A stretch of 60,543 nucleotides of DNA, the filler included, from Dirinaria sp. TL-2023a (lineage: Eukaryota), in NCBI GenBank assembly GCA_051941275.1. It is 10 parts of 10 records of this genome, joined end to end, with 100 filler letters (N's around TTAATTAATTAA, not from the genome) between each part and the next. Parts side by side here need not be neighbours in the genome. Positions count along the whole stretch, not along the records: positions 48,578 to 54,511 come from JAVEBF010001558.1; positions 54,612 to 60,543 come from JAVEBF010001559.1; 8 more parts are not named here. One strand, given 5' to 3'. The position numbers and the translations under genes were made by a program. A model generated the notes under the pieces. The model had not been told where the DNA came from. It saw only the letters and a list, made by a program, of their open reading frames with translations, and did not search any database. This document shows, in pieces, positions 48,872 to 60,543 of this stretch (position 1 is the first letter of the stretch; the number at the start of each line of letters is the position of its first letter).

Positions 48872-50378
48872 CTACGCCGACGCCGGCCCCTGACTCTGAT
48901 GCGCATGATACGGCGGCTTGGCGGCCTTGGCTTTCTCCTCGTCGAACCTCCACACCCCACCTGTTTTCTCGGCCTCGACGCTCTGCCCGATAGGCCTTGC
49001 CAGAGCTTCAAAGATTTGATCCCCCGGTGCCCCTCCCACGGGGCTGAGGCCGGCGTTGTTGTTAGGGCCTGGGGTTTGTTGCTGCTGCTGCTGCGGCTGC
49101 GTTTGCAAGCGGGTGAAGAAGGCGCGTTCCCATTCCCTGCCCTCGGCCGCTTCCTTCTTGCGCAGCTCGCGCTGGGCGTTTTCGATTTTCGATTTCTCGA
49201 CCGAGGTCGTGTCCATGTCCCCCTTGGCGATGGCCTGGGCGACGGCGTTCCAGGCGCGTTTGGCTTCGTAAGGGGATTGCTGGTCGAGCGGGGCGACGAT
49301 GAGGGGCGTGGTCGGGTTTTGCTTGTGGACGAAGGTGTCGACGGTGCTGGAATGCGAGAGTTTCTTGCCGGCGCTGGCGCCTTCTTTGATCACGAATGAG
49401 TCGGTCCACTGCCCTTCCACACTGTACAGGACGTCTTTCTCTTTCCCGGCCGGGTACAGCACCGCGGTGAAGGAGTTCTTTTTCCCGCTCAGCCAGCCTT
49501 TGCCGCTGTAGTCGATTCTCGATACGAAGCCCGACGACGAGGAGATGTAGGTGCAGTTGTTCAGCTCGACAAACGGTTTGCCGTAGATCAGGCCTTCGAT
49601 GTGCAGGGCGGGCAGCGTGATGAGGTAGGTTTCTGGGGTGGAGGAGCCGGGGAGCGAGAGGGTGAGGAGGGCGTGGCCGACTTGTTTGATGTGGATGGTG
49701 CGCGAGAAAGAGGCTTTCTGGGCGTTGTAGCCTTCCAGCTGTTCAAAGCATCAACGCCTGAGATTCCGGATTAAGAAGAAGTAGGTGGAAGAGCCGTACC
49801 TTGACGCCGTGCTTGTCGTTCCAGATGCAGTACGCAGTTACAGGCGGATGATGACTACATCAGTCTCCTGATTCAGCTTCCCAAGCATCCTCATTCTCCC
49901 ACGAAAATTTCGGGATTGACCCACCTGACCTGCTCACTGACCAGCCTCGTCTCCCCACTTCCATCCTCCCACCTCCCCAGGTACAGCTCTCCGAGGAAGG
50001 GGTTCAGCGGCTTCTTCTCCGTGCCGTACTTGTCGCTCCTGCTGCTGTACTGCTGCTTCAACGTGCTCAAGAACCATTTCAGCACCAGCAACGCGCGTTT
50101 GGCGGGGTCGGGCTCTTTGACGGGGGCGACGAAGATGGAAGGGTGCTCGGTCCAGTAGGCGGAGAATTCGGTGAGAGAGGTGGTGCCGAGGATGAAAGGG
50201 GGTGCGGTCATGGACGAGAGGTCGCCATTGAACGAGGCTATTGACTGTCGCGATGTGAGGATTGGTATCCAGGTGCAGAAGACTGGGCATGTGAGTAGCA
50301 AACCTTGAGGAAAGAGGACCAGGAGCCCTTGTTCTGTGGGGAGACGCCGGCGCCTTCGTCTTTGGTAGAGAGAGACAT
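48872..50378 (-). CDS. KES1: Oxysterol-binding protein Kes1/Osh4, 4 exons (50378-50304, 50244-49925, 49854-49800, 49738-48872)
   Basis: [41 protein letters not shown] signature [21 protein letters not shown]. Confidence 0.96.
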
Positions 50379-50683
50379 CTTGGAGGGGTTAAATCAGGGG
50401 GGGGAGGAATGGGCAAGAGGACGAGGGAAGGTGGAAGGTGGAAGGTGGAAGGGTGTCTGTCAGAGGTTCAAGATCCGGGAACAGGAGTAGCTCTAGTAGT
50501 GTGTTAGTATTAGTGGAAGTGGTGGTGGTAGTGGTAGTGGAGGGGCAAATATTAATGCGGATAAGGTAGCAGACTGGAGACTTGGCAGGGCGAGGCGAGA
50601 TCAGGCCACGGCCACAGCCACATTCATCATCATCATCATCAGCACTTCAGCAGTCCACACACATGGTCGGAATCGTCAGCGAG

Positions 50684-50720
50684 ACTTTGACCCTACTTTG
50701 ACCCTACTTTGACCCTACTT
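50684..50720. repeat. 11-bp tandem repeat (ACTTTGACCCT)x3
   Basis: Three perfect copies plus a partial fourth, between the PGM 3' end and the KES1 start. Confidence 0.9.
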
Positions 50721-51053
50721 GAATTCAAAGCACTCGTACTAAATTACCAGCGAATAGATTGATTGAAGAATTATCTATTATCATGCGCCGCAGTATCAGT
50801 GCCAAAGAGTCGTCCACTGGACCCATGCGCAACAATATCCTACCGTCTAGAAGATCATGTGCCATTCCAAGGGAAATATCGGTGCATCAGAGGCATACGT
50901 ATGTCCGTACGGGTACACGTCCTTGCTGACGACAACAGCCACTGCAGCGGCATTACGCAAGAACACACTTACCTGATGCATCACTTTCCTATCGCAACCA
51001 CCAGGCAGGCAGCCCTTATCTACCCTCTCCCTACAACCCACCCCTCTACGTCT

Positions 51054-52863
51054 TTACGTCTTGACATCAGGTTCCGTTCGGTCAACAAACTCCTTCAGCT
51101 TCAGCAGCTCAACGGCCAGATCGATGTTGTCCTTGAGATAATCTTGTGCGTCGAGCTTCCACTGCGACACTTCGGCCTCGTGTTTCTCTACATACAACCG
51201 AATCGTAGCACCGCTGCTGCCGGTCCCGGAAAGCCGCACGACAATCCGGCTGCCGTCGTCGAACTTGACGAAGATGCCTTGGTTCTTGCTGACGCTGCCG
51301 TCCAGATCCGTGTAGGAGAAGTCGTCGGCTTCGATCACTTTCCGGCCCCGGATGGTCGATCCGACAAACTCCGACTTCTTCGTCGTGATGAGTTCCGTGA
51401 GGTTGGCGACCACCTTGTTGGCGCCCGCGCTGTCCACGTTCTCGTAGTCGTAGCGGGTGAAGAACGTTCGGCCGTAGATGGCCCAGAAATCTTCCTGGAT
51501 CGTCGCGATGCTCGGTGTCACCTCGGGCTGCTGCTGGGCGACACCGGCGATGATGTTCAGCCAAGCCATGACCGCCCAGAGGCCATCCTTTTCCCGGATA
51601 TGGTTGCTGCCGGTGCCAAAGCTCTCTTCACCGCAAATTGACATCTTCTCCGTGTCGAACAGATTGCAGAAGAATTTCCACCCGGTGGGCACCTCGTAAC
51701 TCTGGAGACCCTGGTGTTTGGCGACGAGGTCGACTGCGCCGGACGTGGGCATGCTTCGAGCGAGTCCGTACACGCCTTGCTTCTTGAAGTAGGGGATCAG
51801 CGTGGCATAATGTGCGATGATGGCCAGGCTGTCGCCAGGTGACACAAAGGTTTTGGCGCCGTAGATCATGTTTCGGTCTCCATCGCCATCGCTAGCGGCC
51901 CCGAACTGGATCCCGTTCTTGTCGACCGCATCAACGAGCGAGTGCGCGTACACTAGGTTCGGGTCAGGGTGGCCACCTCCGAAATCCGGCGACGGCACGC
52001 AGTTCTGGGTACTGCTGCTGGGTAGCCCTAGCTCTTTCTCGAAGATCGCAACACCGTAGGGCCCGGTGACACCGTGCAGGCCATCGAACAATGTCTTGAA
52101 GTCCTTGTGGCTTTCGAGAAAAGACTTGATCAGGGGGAAGTCAAAGATATCCTTCAACATTTCCACATAGTCAGCTGTCGAATCAATAATTTCCACTTCC
52201 AGAGGTCCGTAGGTCTGCGTGCCGATGCTCGTAAGGTCAATGTCGGGTATGTCGGCGATGTTGTAGGAGGTGAGTGATTTCGAGGCCTCGAAAATTTTGT
52301 TGGTCACGGTCTCTGGTGCTGGCGCTCCGTTTGCAAGATTGTATTTGATGCCGAAATCATTCTTTGGTCCTGCGTTTGAAATTAGTAAATCCGCTTGAAA
52401 TTCAGGGACAGGATAGTTCATACCGCCAGGATTGTGGCTGGCTGTAAGAAGTATGCCACCCGTGGCTTTCCGCTTTCGAATGACGTGACTGGCGGCTGGG
52501 GTGCTGAGGATTCCATTCTGCCCGATGAGTAGCTTCTTCACTCCGTATGCCGCGCCAATTTTGGCGATCAATTGCATGACCTCCGGGTTGTAGAATCGTC
52601 CATCTCCACCAATGACGAGGAAACTACCTTCTGCGCCCTCGGGGATGGAAAGGAGGATGCTGGTGACGAAGGATTCGCTGTAATTTGGTTGCTGGAAGAC
52701 GGTGACCTTCTTGCGTAGACCCGAACTGCGCTATTGTGAGCATGCACAGGGCGCTGAAATCGTCTGCAAGGAAAGGCAATCACGACGCAGCGATTGAGGG
52801 AGTCACTTACGTTCCAGGCTTTTGGTCCGTAAAGGGTTTGAGGGAAACGGTTTGTACACTCAT
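51054..52863 (-). CDS. PGM2: Phosphoglucomutase, 3 exons (52863-52811, 52725-52424, 52369-51054)
   Basis: DQKPGT|SGLRKK, GGDGR, phosphoserine loop TASHNPGG, metal loop DGDGDR, sugar loop GEESFG, RLSGTGSSGATIRLY. Confidence 0.97.
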
Positions 52864-53503
52864 TTTGAGTAGTGATAAAGGAAGATAATGATATGTAAAT
52901 GGCAAAGAACGTAACAAATCCAATACGCTCTGTAAGAATAGTGGCAGAGAGTTGGTTGTGATGAGGACAAGGAGAAGATATAGAGAGAAAAATATTGACG
53001 AAACTGTTGAAGCTCCCCACCTTAGTTAGCGTTGCCGTGGTGGGGGTTCGAGGGGGTCCAATCGATTGGGTGAAATGCAGGGTCCGAGGGGTCCAGCCGG
53101 AAATTTAAAAAAAAAAAAAAAAAAAAAGTTAGCGCGAAACAATGTGCCGTCCAATTTTCGTCATATCGAGTATCCGCCTCCGAATTCGTCCATGCCGATC
53201 CCAGCAGACACGCGAAACAGGTAATTGAGGCTCGATAGGCGCCATATTGGCACTGATCCAATCTTGAATAACCCTTATGTCTTCATCTCCACTTGACAGC
53301 AGGTCCAACATCACTCTGGTGGGAGCTCCACAGAGGGCACGTCTGTTTTCCCTATTTGACCAAGTAGTGCTTCCACGGCTGAACGTTTTGGCGATTAAAT
53401 TGAACGTGGCCTCGCGAGCCTTCTGTTTTGTCAGGGAATCGAAAGTATTGCTGCAAGCCTGCTTCATAAACCGTGCATGCATATTCTCCGTCCCCTTCAG
53501 GAT

Positions 53504-54147
53504 TCAAGATCCGTCGCGCAGACCAGGCTGCCGGAAAAAGGTATCGCGGTAATACCTGGCTTCCTCGATACTTTCCAAAACATCCGCCCTAGCCTGATGC
53601 AGCCCTTGCTTTTGCGGGACTCGAGCCAGACTCTCCTCGGGCGCCCATCTCCTCGCGGCTTCTTTGATGCTGCTCACATCGAGGATCCGGTAACCAAGGT
53701 AACCCATCACTTCGTCGTACGGCGGCTTCTTCAGAAATTCCTTGTCGCAGTGGACGCTGTTGCCCGCCAACAGTGCCCGCCGTGGCTCGCTCACGTATTT
53801 CTTGATGTAGCTCAGTAGACCACGAGATGCTTCTGTGGGTGTCGTGGTGGAGGAGATGCATGCCGCCGTGAGCCCGGATTTGCCGTGCGTGTTGATACAC
53901 CATTCGTCCATGCGGTCGAGCGTGGACTTGTCGTGATGAATCGTCGCATCCCAACCCTGGGAGTCGAGTAAATTCAACTGTGCATCGGTGATGAAGCAAG
54001 AGATCGAGAGAATCGTGTCGTCTTCAACGTTCAGGCCTGTCATCTGTGAGGCACAGGGTCAGCAACATTTCTAGAGTCAATATCCACCGCATTTCGCACC
54101 TCGCAGTCAATCCAGACGAGAGGATCTGCGGAGCGACTGGTGGCCAT
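53504..54147 (-). CDS. REX2: Oligoribonuclease (DEDDh), exons 54147-54100 and 54043-53504; possible N-terminal extension from ATG 54249
   Basis: PLVWIDCE|MTGL, MDEWC..THG.SGL, LAGNSVHCD, YRILDVSSIKE, H.A..D..ESI.E..YYR. Confidence 0.94.
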
Positions 54148-54511
54148 GGAGCTGCTTCTCTGGGCGACCGTAGGCAGGAGGGCGGTCGCGCCGCAGAGTT
54201 TCCGTGGATAATAAATTGACCGCGGCCACACTGGATTGAGCTGCCTCATATACTGCTTTTACAGAGTGGAAGACAATGTCCAGCTACATGACGCGCACCC
54301 GAAAACCCTTTTTATGCCGCGCAACGGGAAGGCATTGAACCCGTCCTTGGACCGTCTATTGTTAAACGGGACCTTGATGTCTGCAACGAGATCGAAAGGC
54401 TCATCAACGCCAACTCTCTCCTCGATCTTAGCCAGGCCGTCGTCATCAAGCAGTCTAGAGTCCATGACAGTCTTGAGACGGGTACCTTACCAACGTGAAA
54501 CATATACCATC

Positions 54512-54611
54512 NNNNNNNNNNNNNNNNNNNNNNNNNNNNNNNNNNNNNNNNNNNNTTAATTAATTAANNNNNNNNNNNNNNNNNNNNNNNNNNNNNNNNN
54601 NNNNNNNNNNN
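54512..54611. other. Artificial contig linker
   Basis: N44-TTAATTAATTAA-N44. Confidence 0.99.
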
Positions 54612-57600
54612 TGGGATGAAGTAGCTGGCAACGATGATTTGGCGGCTTTGAGCACTTATAATCGTACGAATTCCTTTCCCGATGTGCCTCCTGTACAGCA
54701 GTCCAGTCTGCCATCAAACGCGCTACCCCACTCACAAGCAGAGAATATCATAGAGGAGAACGAGGATGATGATGACCTTGGTATCTTCTCTCCTACTGGA
54801 CCCTCAAACTATGTTGCCAAAGATCCATTTGCCGCAGTACCTTATAATGGAGACAATGTTGGCCTGCCTGATGATGGTCCTCTCCAGGCTGGAAATATGC
54901 TCAACCCCCCGGATGAAGATGCAAGATACGAGGAAGGTTTGCCACTGGTTCCATTAAAGCCAGACGAATTCCCAACAGAAGAGAATTTGCACAATCCTTT
55001 GGAAGGCGATAGCGCAGTCCTAGCTTTTCCAGATAGTGCAGATGAGGACTTCTTCGTGAAGACTACAGGCATATCGCCAGAGGAGGGATCGACGTTCCGG
55101 CCGCAGCCACTCGATCGCAAAACTACAAGTCAAGTACTGGACTCTATGAAATATCCACTCCATAGTGAAACACACGATGAACCTATAACTTCAAAAGGGA
55201 GACCCTCGTTGGACAAATTGACGGGCGGAGGCATAGCTGTCTCTTCAACCACCGTAATCTCCCAAGTGCTTGAGGAGCAACAAGCGAACCAGCGAGAACA
55301 GCCAAAAGACGAAGAAATAGCAGCTATGTGGCAGGCAGCACTTGACGACGATGAGCTTCTCGATGAAGAGACTGCGGAGGACTCACCTCCTTTATTTGAA
55401 GACGATGGCAAGGATTTCTTGGAAGACGAATTCGACAAAGATGGCAAACTTTCATCTCCGCTTCAGCCGGTTTACAGCCCTGATGGTCGTATGCAGGGAT
55501 TCACTCATACTGGCACCACTCCAAACCATAATGTTTCCGCTCAACGCAAATATACTCCTAATTCTACCATTAACGGTCAGGGACAGTCTTCGCATGTGGA
55601 TAATTCCTATCAAGCCTTTGCCGGCCACATTCAACCCTCATCTCAGACCCTTAATGGGCTAAGCAACTCCGCATCGACCACCGCTAATTTGCGAGGACCT
55701 CAAAGCAAGCAGCCATCTTATGGAAAAGCCTCGCCTCTATCTCGTCCACAATTACAATCATCCGCGCAAAGTTTTGCCGATAAACCTAAGGCGAGCTATG
55801 AATCGCCGTACGATTTTCCTATGGATGTATCACGCCCAAAGAAGAGAAATTATACTCAGCAGTTGCGACCTGGATCAAGTTCCGCTGCCACCAACAGCCG
55901 GCCTCCAGCCCCACCGAGAAGCAGCAGTATGTTCGCGAGCGGAAACCCAGTAGCCGAGTCTCATCCACCAGTACGCACTATGCCTAATAAGGCGAGCATG
56001 CCATCGGTTGGACATTCGTCAGGCCCTCTCAAGTCAAAGACTAGCGCTGGAAGCTTCTTCGAGGAGCTGCCATCCGTCAAACCTCGCCTATCAAGCGGCA
56101 ACATGCGACCACCAGCTCCTCATCCGCCTAGTAAGCCACAGCTACCAGTACAACAGCAACCATCGCCATACCAGTCTCTTCAACCTCAACAGTCTTCTAG
56201 ACCTTCGGCAGCTTATGGACTAGTCCCTCCGCAGCGAATGAGCGCGTACGACGACGTTCCCACTGAAGACCAAGGAGGATCGGTGAAGCCATCTGGCGCT
56301 TCAAGGTATTCACCCGCTCCTAAGTCGCAGACACACGTACCGCCACCCAGAACCCGCTATGCAGTATCTCCCTCGAGTAGCTCCCGAGTACCACCACCGC
56401 AGAGTCTTCCTTTTCAGCCTCGAACCTCGAGTCCTCTGGCAGTGTCTGGGATGAAAAAGCAGCAAGAGGGACAAGCGACAGGAGCAACAGCCGCTCAGCA
56501 GGAGGGACAATTAATAGGTGTAACACAGTCAGCGCCTAGCCTCACCAGCCCTGAGCAGAACCAACCAGGTCAACCCTCCCCGCCTTCGGTCATCGGTCGT
56601 TATGCTCCAGGAAGCGGTTCTTCAACGTCGTCGCATGCGATTAGTACCCCCCCGTCAGATCAAATGCCATCAAGCTTCTCTTCCGGAAGCCAAGCACAAG
56701 ACCAACAATATCCGACGTCCGGTCACATGGATTTTGCTCCCCCTCGCAGGTCTCAAACTCAGTCGCCGAATGCCGTAAGGCCTAAGCCTCCATTACCCTT
56801 GATGTCCAGAGACATCTTTCAACGACCTGCCTCCGTAAATGATCATCCTTTACCCCAACAAAGTATGACGGCGGCGTCTGGACCTGTACATCAGCCTCCT
56901 GGACGAGGCAGAGCTTTCTCGCAAAATGTCGACTACATAAGGCCATCGGACGGCCGAGAAGCTGACCCCTTGGAGAGGTGGAAAGGTTGTCCAATCTTCC
57001 GCTTTGGTTTTGGAGGTACCTCTGTGTCATGTTTCCCAAAACAAGTTCCTCGATATGCCGCGGGACGTAGCAAGCCATCAATAAAATGCAGCCAGGGTGA
57101 AGTCAAAGTGTCTTCTGCCAAAGCACTTTCTTTAGATGCCAGTTTCACGAATTTTCCTGGTCCATTGAGGTCAAAGAGCAAAAAGAAGGAAGTTCTTGAA
57201 TGGCTGCAGCATCGAATTGATCAGCTGGAGCGGACGTATCGGGAGACTGCACCGGCTTCGATACTGCCTGATATTCAGAAACGGCAGACAGAAAAGATCT
57301 TGTTGTGGAAACTAGTACATGTGCTTGTCGAGTATGATGGTGCGATCGAAGGAAAAGCTGCTGCCGAGAAGGCAGTGAGACTCATTTTGTCCCCTGAGAA
57401 TGCCGAAGGATCGACAGACACTCTGTCGCCTAGCTCTAATACGGAAATTCTGGGAATCAATAAGGCAAATACAGCAGCTCAGTCCGAGCCTCCCGATCCG
57501 CATGACGTTGACACCCTGCGTAAGATCCTGATCCAAGGTGAGCGAGAGAAAGCTGTTTGGCATGCCCTTGACAAGCGATTATGGGCGCATGCCATGCTCA

Positions 57601-60054
57601 TATCGTCGACGATGGACAAGACTATTTGGAAACAAGTACTCCAGGAGTTCATCAGGCAAGAAGTCAAATCGTCCGGTAGAAATACGGAGTCGCTCGCTGC
57701 CTTGTACCAAATCTTTGCTGGCAATTGGGAGGAAAGCATTGACGAGCTAGTCCCTCCATCTGCTCGAGCAGGATTACAGTTCGTGAGCAAAGCCACGGGT
57801 CCTGGTTCTGCTCGCAATGCTCTCGATGGTCTTGACCGGTGGCGTGAGACTCTCACATTAACTTTAAGCAATCGAAGTCAGGAAGACGGTAAGGCTCTGA
57901 TGGCCTTAGGACGGCTAATGTCAAGCTATGGGCGGATCGAAGCTGCACACAGTTGCTTTATCTTTGCTAGGATCCCCGGACTCTTCGGTGGTGCTGATGA
58001 TCCTTCGACAAGTGTGACGCTCTTAGGAGCAGATCATGTGCAAGGCTCTTCCTCACTGAGTCTGGATACTGATGCTATCCTTCTCACGGAGATCTACGAC
58101 TATGCTTGCTCGTTGTTGGTGAACTCGACAAGCCCAACTGTGTCGCCGTACTTACAAGCGTACAAACTTTATCACGCAATGCTACTGGCTGAAAATGGTT
58201 TCAGATCAGAGGCACAACAGTATTGCGATACTATAGCGAGCGCTCTGAAGTCCACCACCAAGCTACCACCGTACTACCATAACCTCCTCTTCGCAGCTCT
58301 GGATGATTTGGTTAGTAGACTCCGTCAGGCGCCGAACGAGAATACTTCGTCGTGGATGTCTAAACCGAGCTTGGACAGAGTGTCCGGGTCTTTCTTCTCC
58401 AGAGTGAACCAATTTATCGCAGGAGACGACAGCGATGCGGACTCTGCTGTGTCTGGCAGAGGAACGGACCCAGCCGCTGGGCCATTTGCCGGAGTCTCCA
58501 GTGACACACCGGGTATCAGTCGAGCTTCATCATCACTTGATCTTTACGGCTCTTACACCCCTGCGCAACCACTTCCGGCGGCAACTGCAGCAGGTTCTCG
58601 TTATGCACCCGTAGGACAATATGCACCGCAAGGGCTATATACCCCCCGCTCATCGCTCGAACAATCAGAGCGATCTCCGCAGGACCATCAGCACCTGTCC
58701 CAAAATGATGTTCCTAGGGCCCCGTATCTGAACCACCAATATCCTTCAAGCCTCTCACAATCCATTTCAACCGGCAATGTTGACCAACACCCTACGGAGT
58801 CCCAACCCCAAAGCTCGTACCAACCGTCACCTTATCCTACCTATGCGCCCAGCCCGCTTAGCCAAGCAAAATACATTTCTGAAACTACGCCAGAGGACTC
58901 ATCGGCATCGCCGTACCATCAAACAACCAATCAACCCACTCCACCTCCCGAACCACAATTATTCCAGAACCCTTATCAACCAAGCCAAGCAGTTGAGGTA
59001 GGAAAAGACGATTTCGCACTTGAAACTGCAGGAAGCTATCTCAAACCATCATTGAATTATGAACCTCCAACATCGGTACCTCAGGCTTCATCATCAGAAT
59101 ATGCGCCCTCCTCACAACAACATACGATCTCTACATACGAGCCTCCCACCATAAGCGGATACGAACCGCCTTCACACGTATCAGACAGTGGAGCGAATGC
59201 GATAGAGGACGAGTCTCAGATTGAGGAGAAGCCGAAGAAAAAGATGTTAATGGATGACGATGACGATGATTTTACCGCTCGAGCTGCTGCAGTACTCAAG
59301 GCTCAGAGAGATCGTGAAGCGGACGACGCCTTCAAAAAGGCCGCTGAAGCCGACGGTTTGTCTTACCTGAAACACGTGGTCGCTGAAATGGACTAACACA
59401 TTCACAGCAAAGAAAGAGCCAGAGCTCAAGAGCAAAAAGTCTGGCTGGTTTGGCGGCTGGCTTGGAGGCGGCAAGAAGGACGATCTTTCAACGCAGAATG
59501 CCCCTGCTGGCGCTATCAAAGCGAAGCTCGGCGAGGAAAGTAGCTTTTACTATGACAAAGAACTGAAGAAATGGGTTAACAAGAAGGGCGGAGATACACC
59601 AGCCGCTTCAGCTGCTACTCCTCCACCGCCAAAAGGACCTCCGTCTCGAGCGGTGAGTTCCTCAGGAGCACCGCCGATGAGGAAAGACACAGACACACCC
59701 CCGGTACCGCCCCTCCCCAGTACAGCAACGCCGCCCATCAGCGTGACCCATCCGCCTGCAGCAGCTCCACAAGCAACGCCGAGCCCGTACGCTTCGGGTC
59801 CAGCCTCAAGAAGCGGTTCCCCTGCAGTGCAAGCGAGTGAATACCCCGCTCCGCCAGTGGGTCTTAGCGCAACTAATGCAGGAGCATCGAGCTCCAATCC
59901 CCCTTCGGCGCCGCCTTCGAGGCCGGCCACAGGCGTGAGCAATGACAGTATTATCGACGATCTGATTGGCGCACCGCAAGCGAGGAAAGGCGGAACGATC
60001 AAAAAGGCGAAGAAGGGAAGAGGATACATTGATGTGATGGCGAATAAAACCTAG
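54612..60054 (+). CDS. SEC16: COPII coat assembly protein Sec16, 5'-truncated (exons <54612-59355 and 59408-60054)
   Basis: RTNSFP; DPLERWKGCPIFRFGFGG; FPGPL; central domain LWAHAMLIS, LDRWRETL, LLTEIYDY; C-terminal GWFGGW, KAKLGEESSFYYDKELKKWVNK, GRGYIDVM. Confidence 0.95.
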
Positions 60055-60543
60055 GGTATATGGCTTGGTGGCTCTTGGGGGTCCCTCGGGTCAAGGGCTG
60101 CTACAAGGTCTCTTAAGGTTTTTTTCTTTTCTTTTTCTTCTTCACTGTATTACCCTTTACTCGGCTTGTGTAATATCAATGGGTCCTGACTGAAAGTGGG
60201 TCGCTTGGAAAAATTTTGGTCAGGAGAGTAGATTCTGCACACCCATGCTTTTTTTTTTTTTTTTTTTTTTGGTAGCATAGTCCGATGGTGTTATTATTTC
60301 ATGGCATCGTTGATTTGCTTGGGCTCTGCATAGCTGGTTCTATTGTTTTAGAGAACTCTTTTTCAGACAACCCCCCAGCTCATGAGTGAGTTAGATTATC
60401 GTAGCAACCCAATCGATCAATTCAATCGATTCAAACCAGACTTGTGTTGTGTTTTGTGTATGTGTGTGTGTATCAGGCTCTCAAAGATAAGTAATCCTTC
60501 AAAAAAAAAAAAAGTCATTACATTACACAAACTCGAACCTGTC

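Noticed and set aside
48800..49399. 199-aa plus-strand ORF
   Set aside because: Antisense shadow of KES1
50763..51641. 292-aa plus-strand ORF
   Set aside because: Antisense shadow of the codon-biased phosphoglucomutase gene
54259..54511. Minus-strand 68-aa ORF at the contig end
   Set aside because: No family recognised and it abuts the REX2 upstream ATG; unresolved

Overview
Eukaryotic, intron-rich DNA from a filamentous ascomycete (Pezizomycotina-type genes; ~50-70 nt GT-AG introns with CTAAC/CTGAC-type branch sites). The window is not one locus. It holds ten contigs of 5989, 5988, 5984, 5980, 5978, 5976, 5945, 5937, 5934 and 5932 bp, sorted by decreasing length and joined by an artificial 100-nt linker (N44-TTAATTAATTAA-N44), so adjacency across a linker carries no information. 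Recognisable genes: S53 tripeptidyl-peptidase, RadH/Rdc2-type flavin-dependent halogenase, CpdS/PepF-type serine carboxypeptidase, YIF1 (partial), SRP101, MSC7-type aldehyde dehydrogenase, Puf3/Pumilio, a short-chain dehydrogenase, KES1/OSH4, phosphoglucomutase, REX2, SEC16 (partial) and the 3' end of a LINE-like retrotransposon. Two candidates for undescribed systems stand out. (1) A compact co-oriented trio on contig 8: caspase-like His/Cys protease, a 103-aa SH3/Tudor-like protein absent from the ORF track, and a DUF6594-type membrane protein, resembling a protease-activated membrane-effector (immunity/cell-death) module. (2) An intronless ~1100-aa protein joining a putative permuted papain-like (PPPDE/LRAT-type) His/Cys domain to about eight WW domains. 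All exon structures were deduced by eye; family calls rest on remembered motifs, not database searches.
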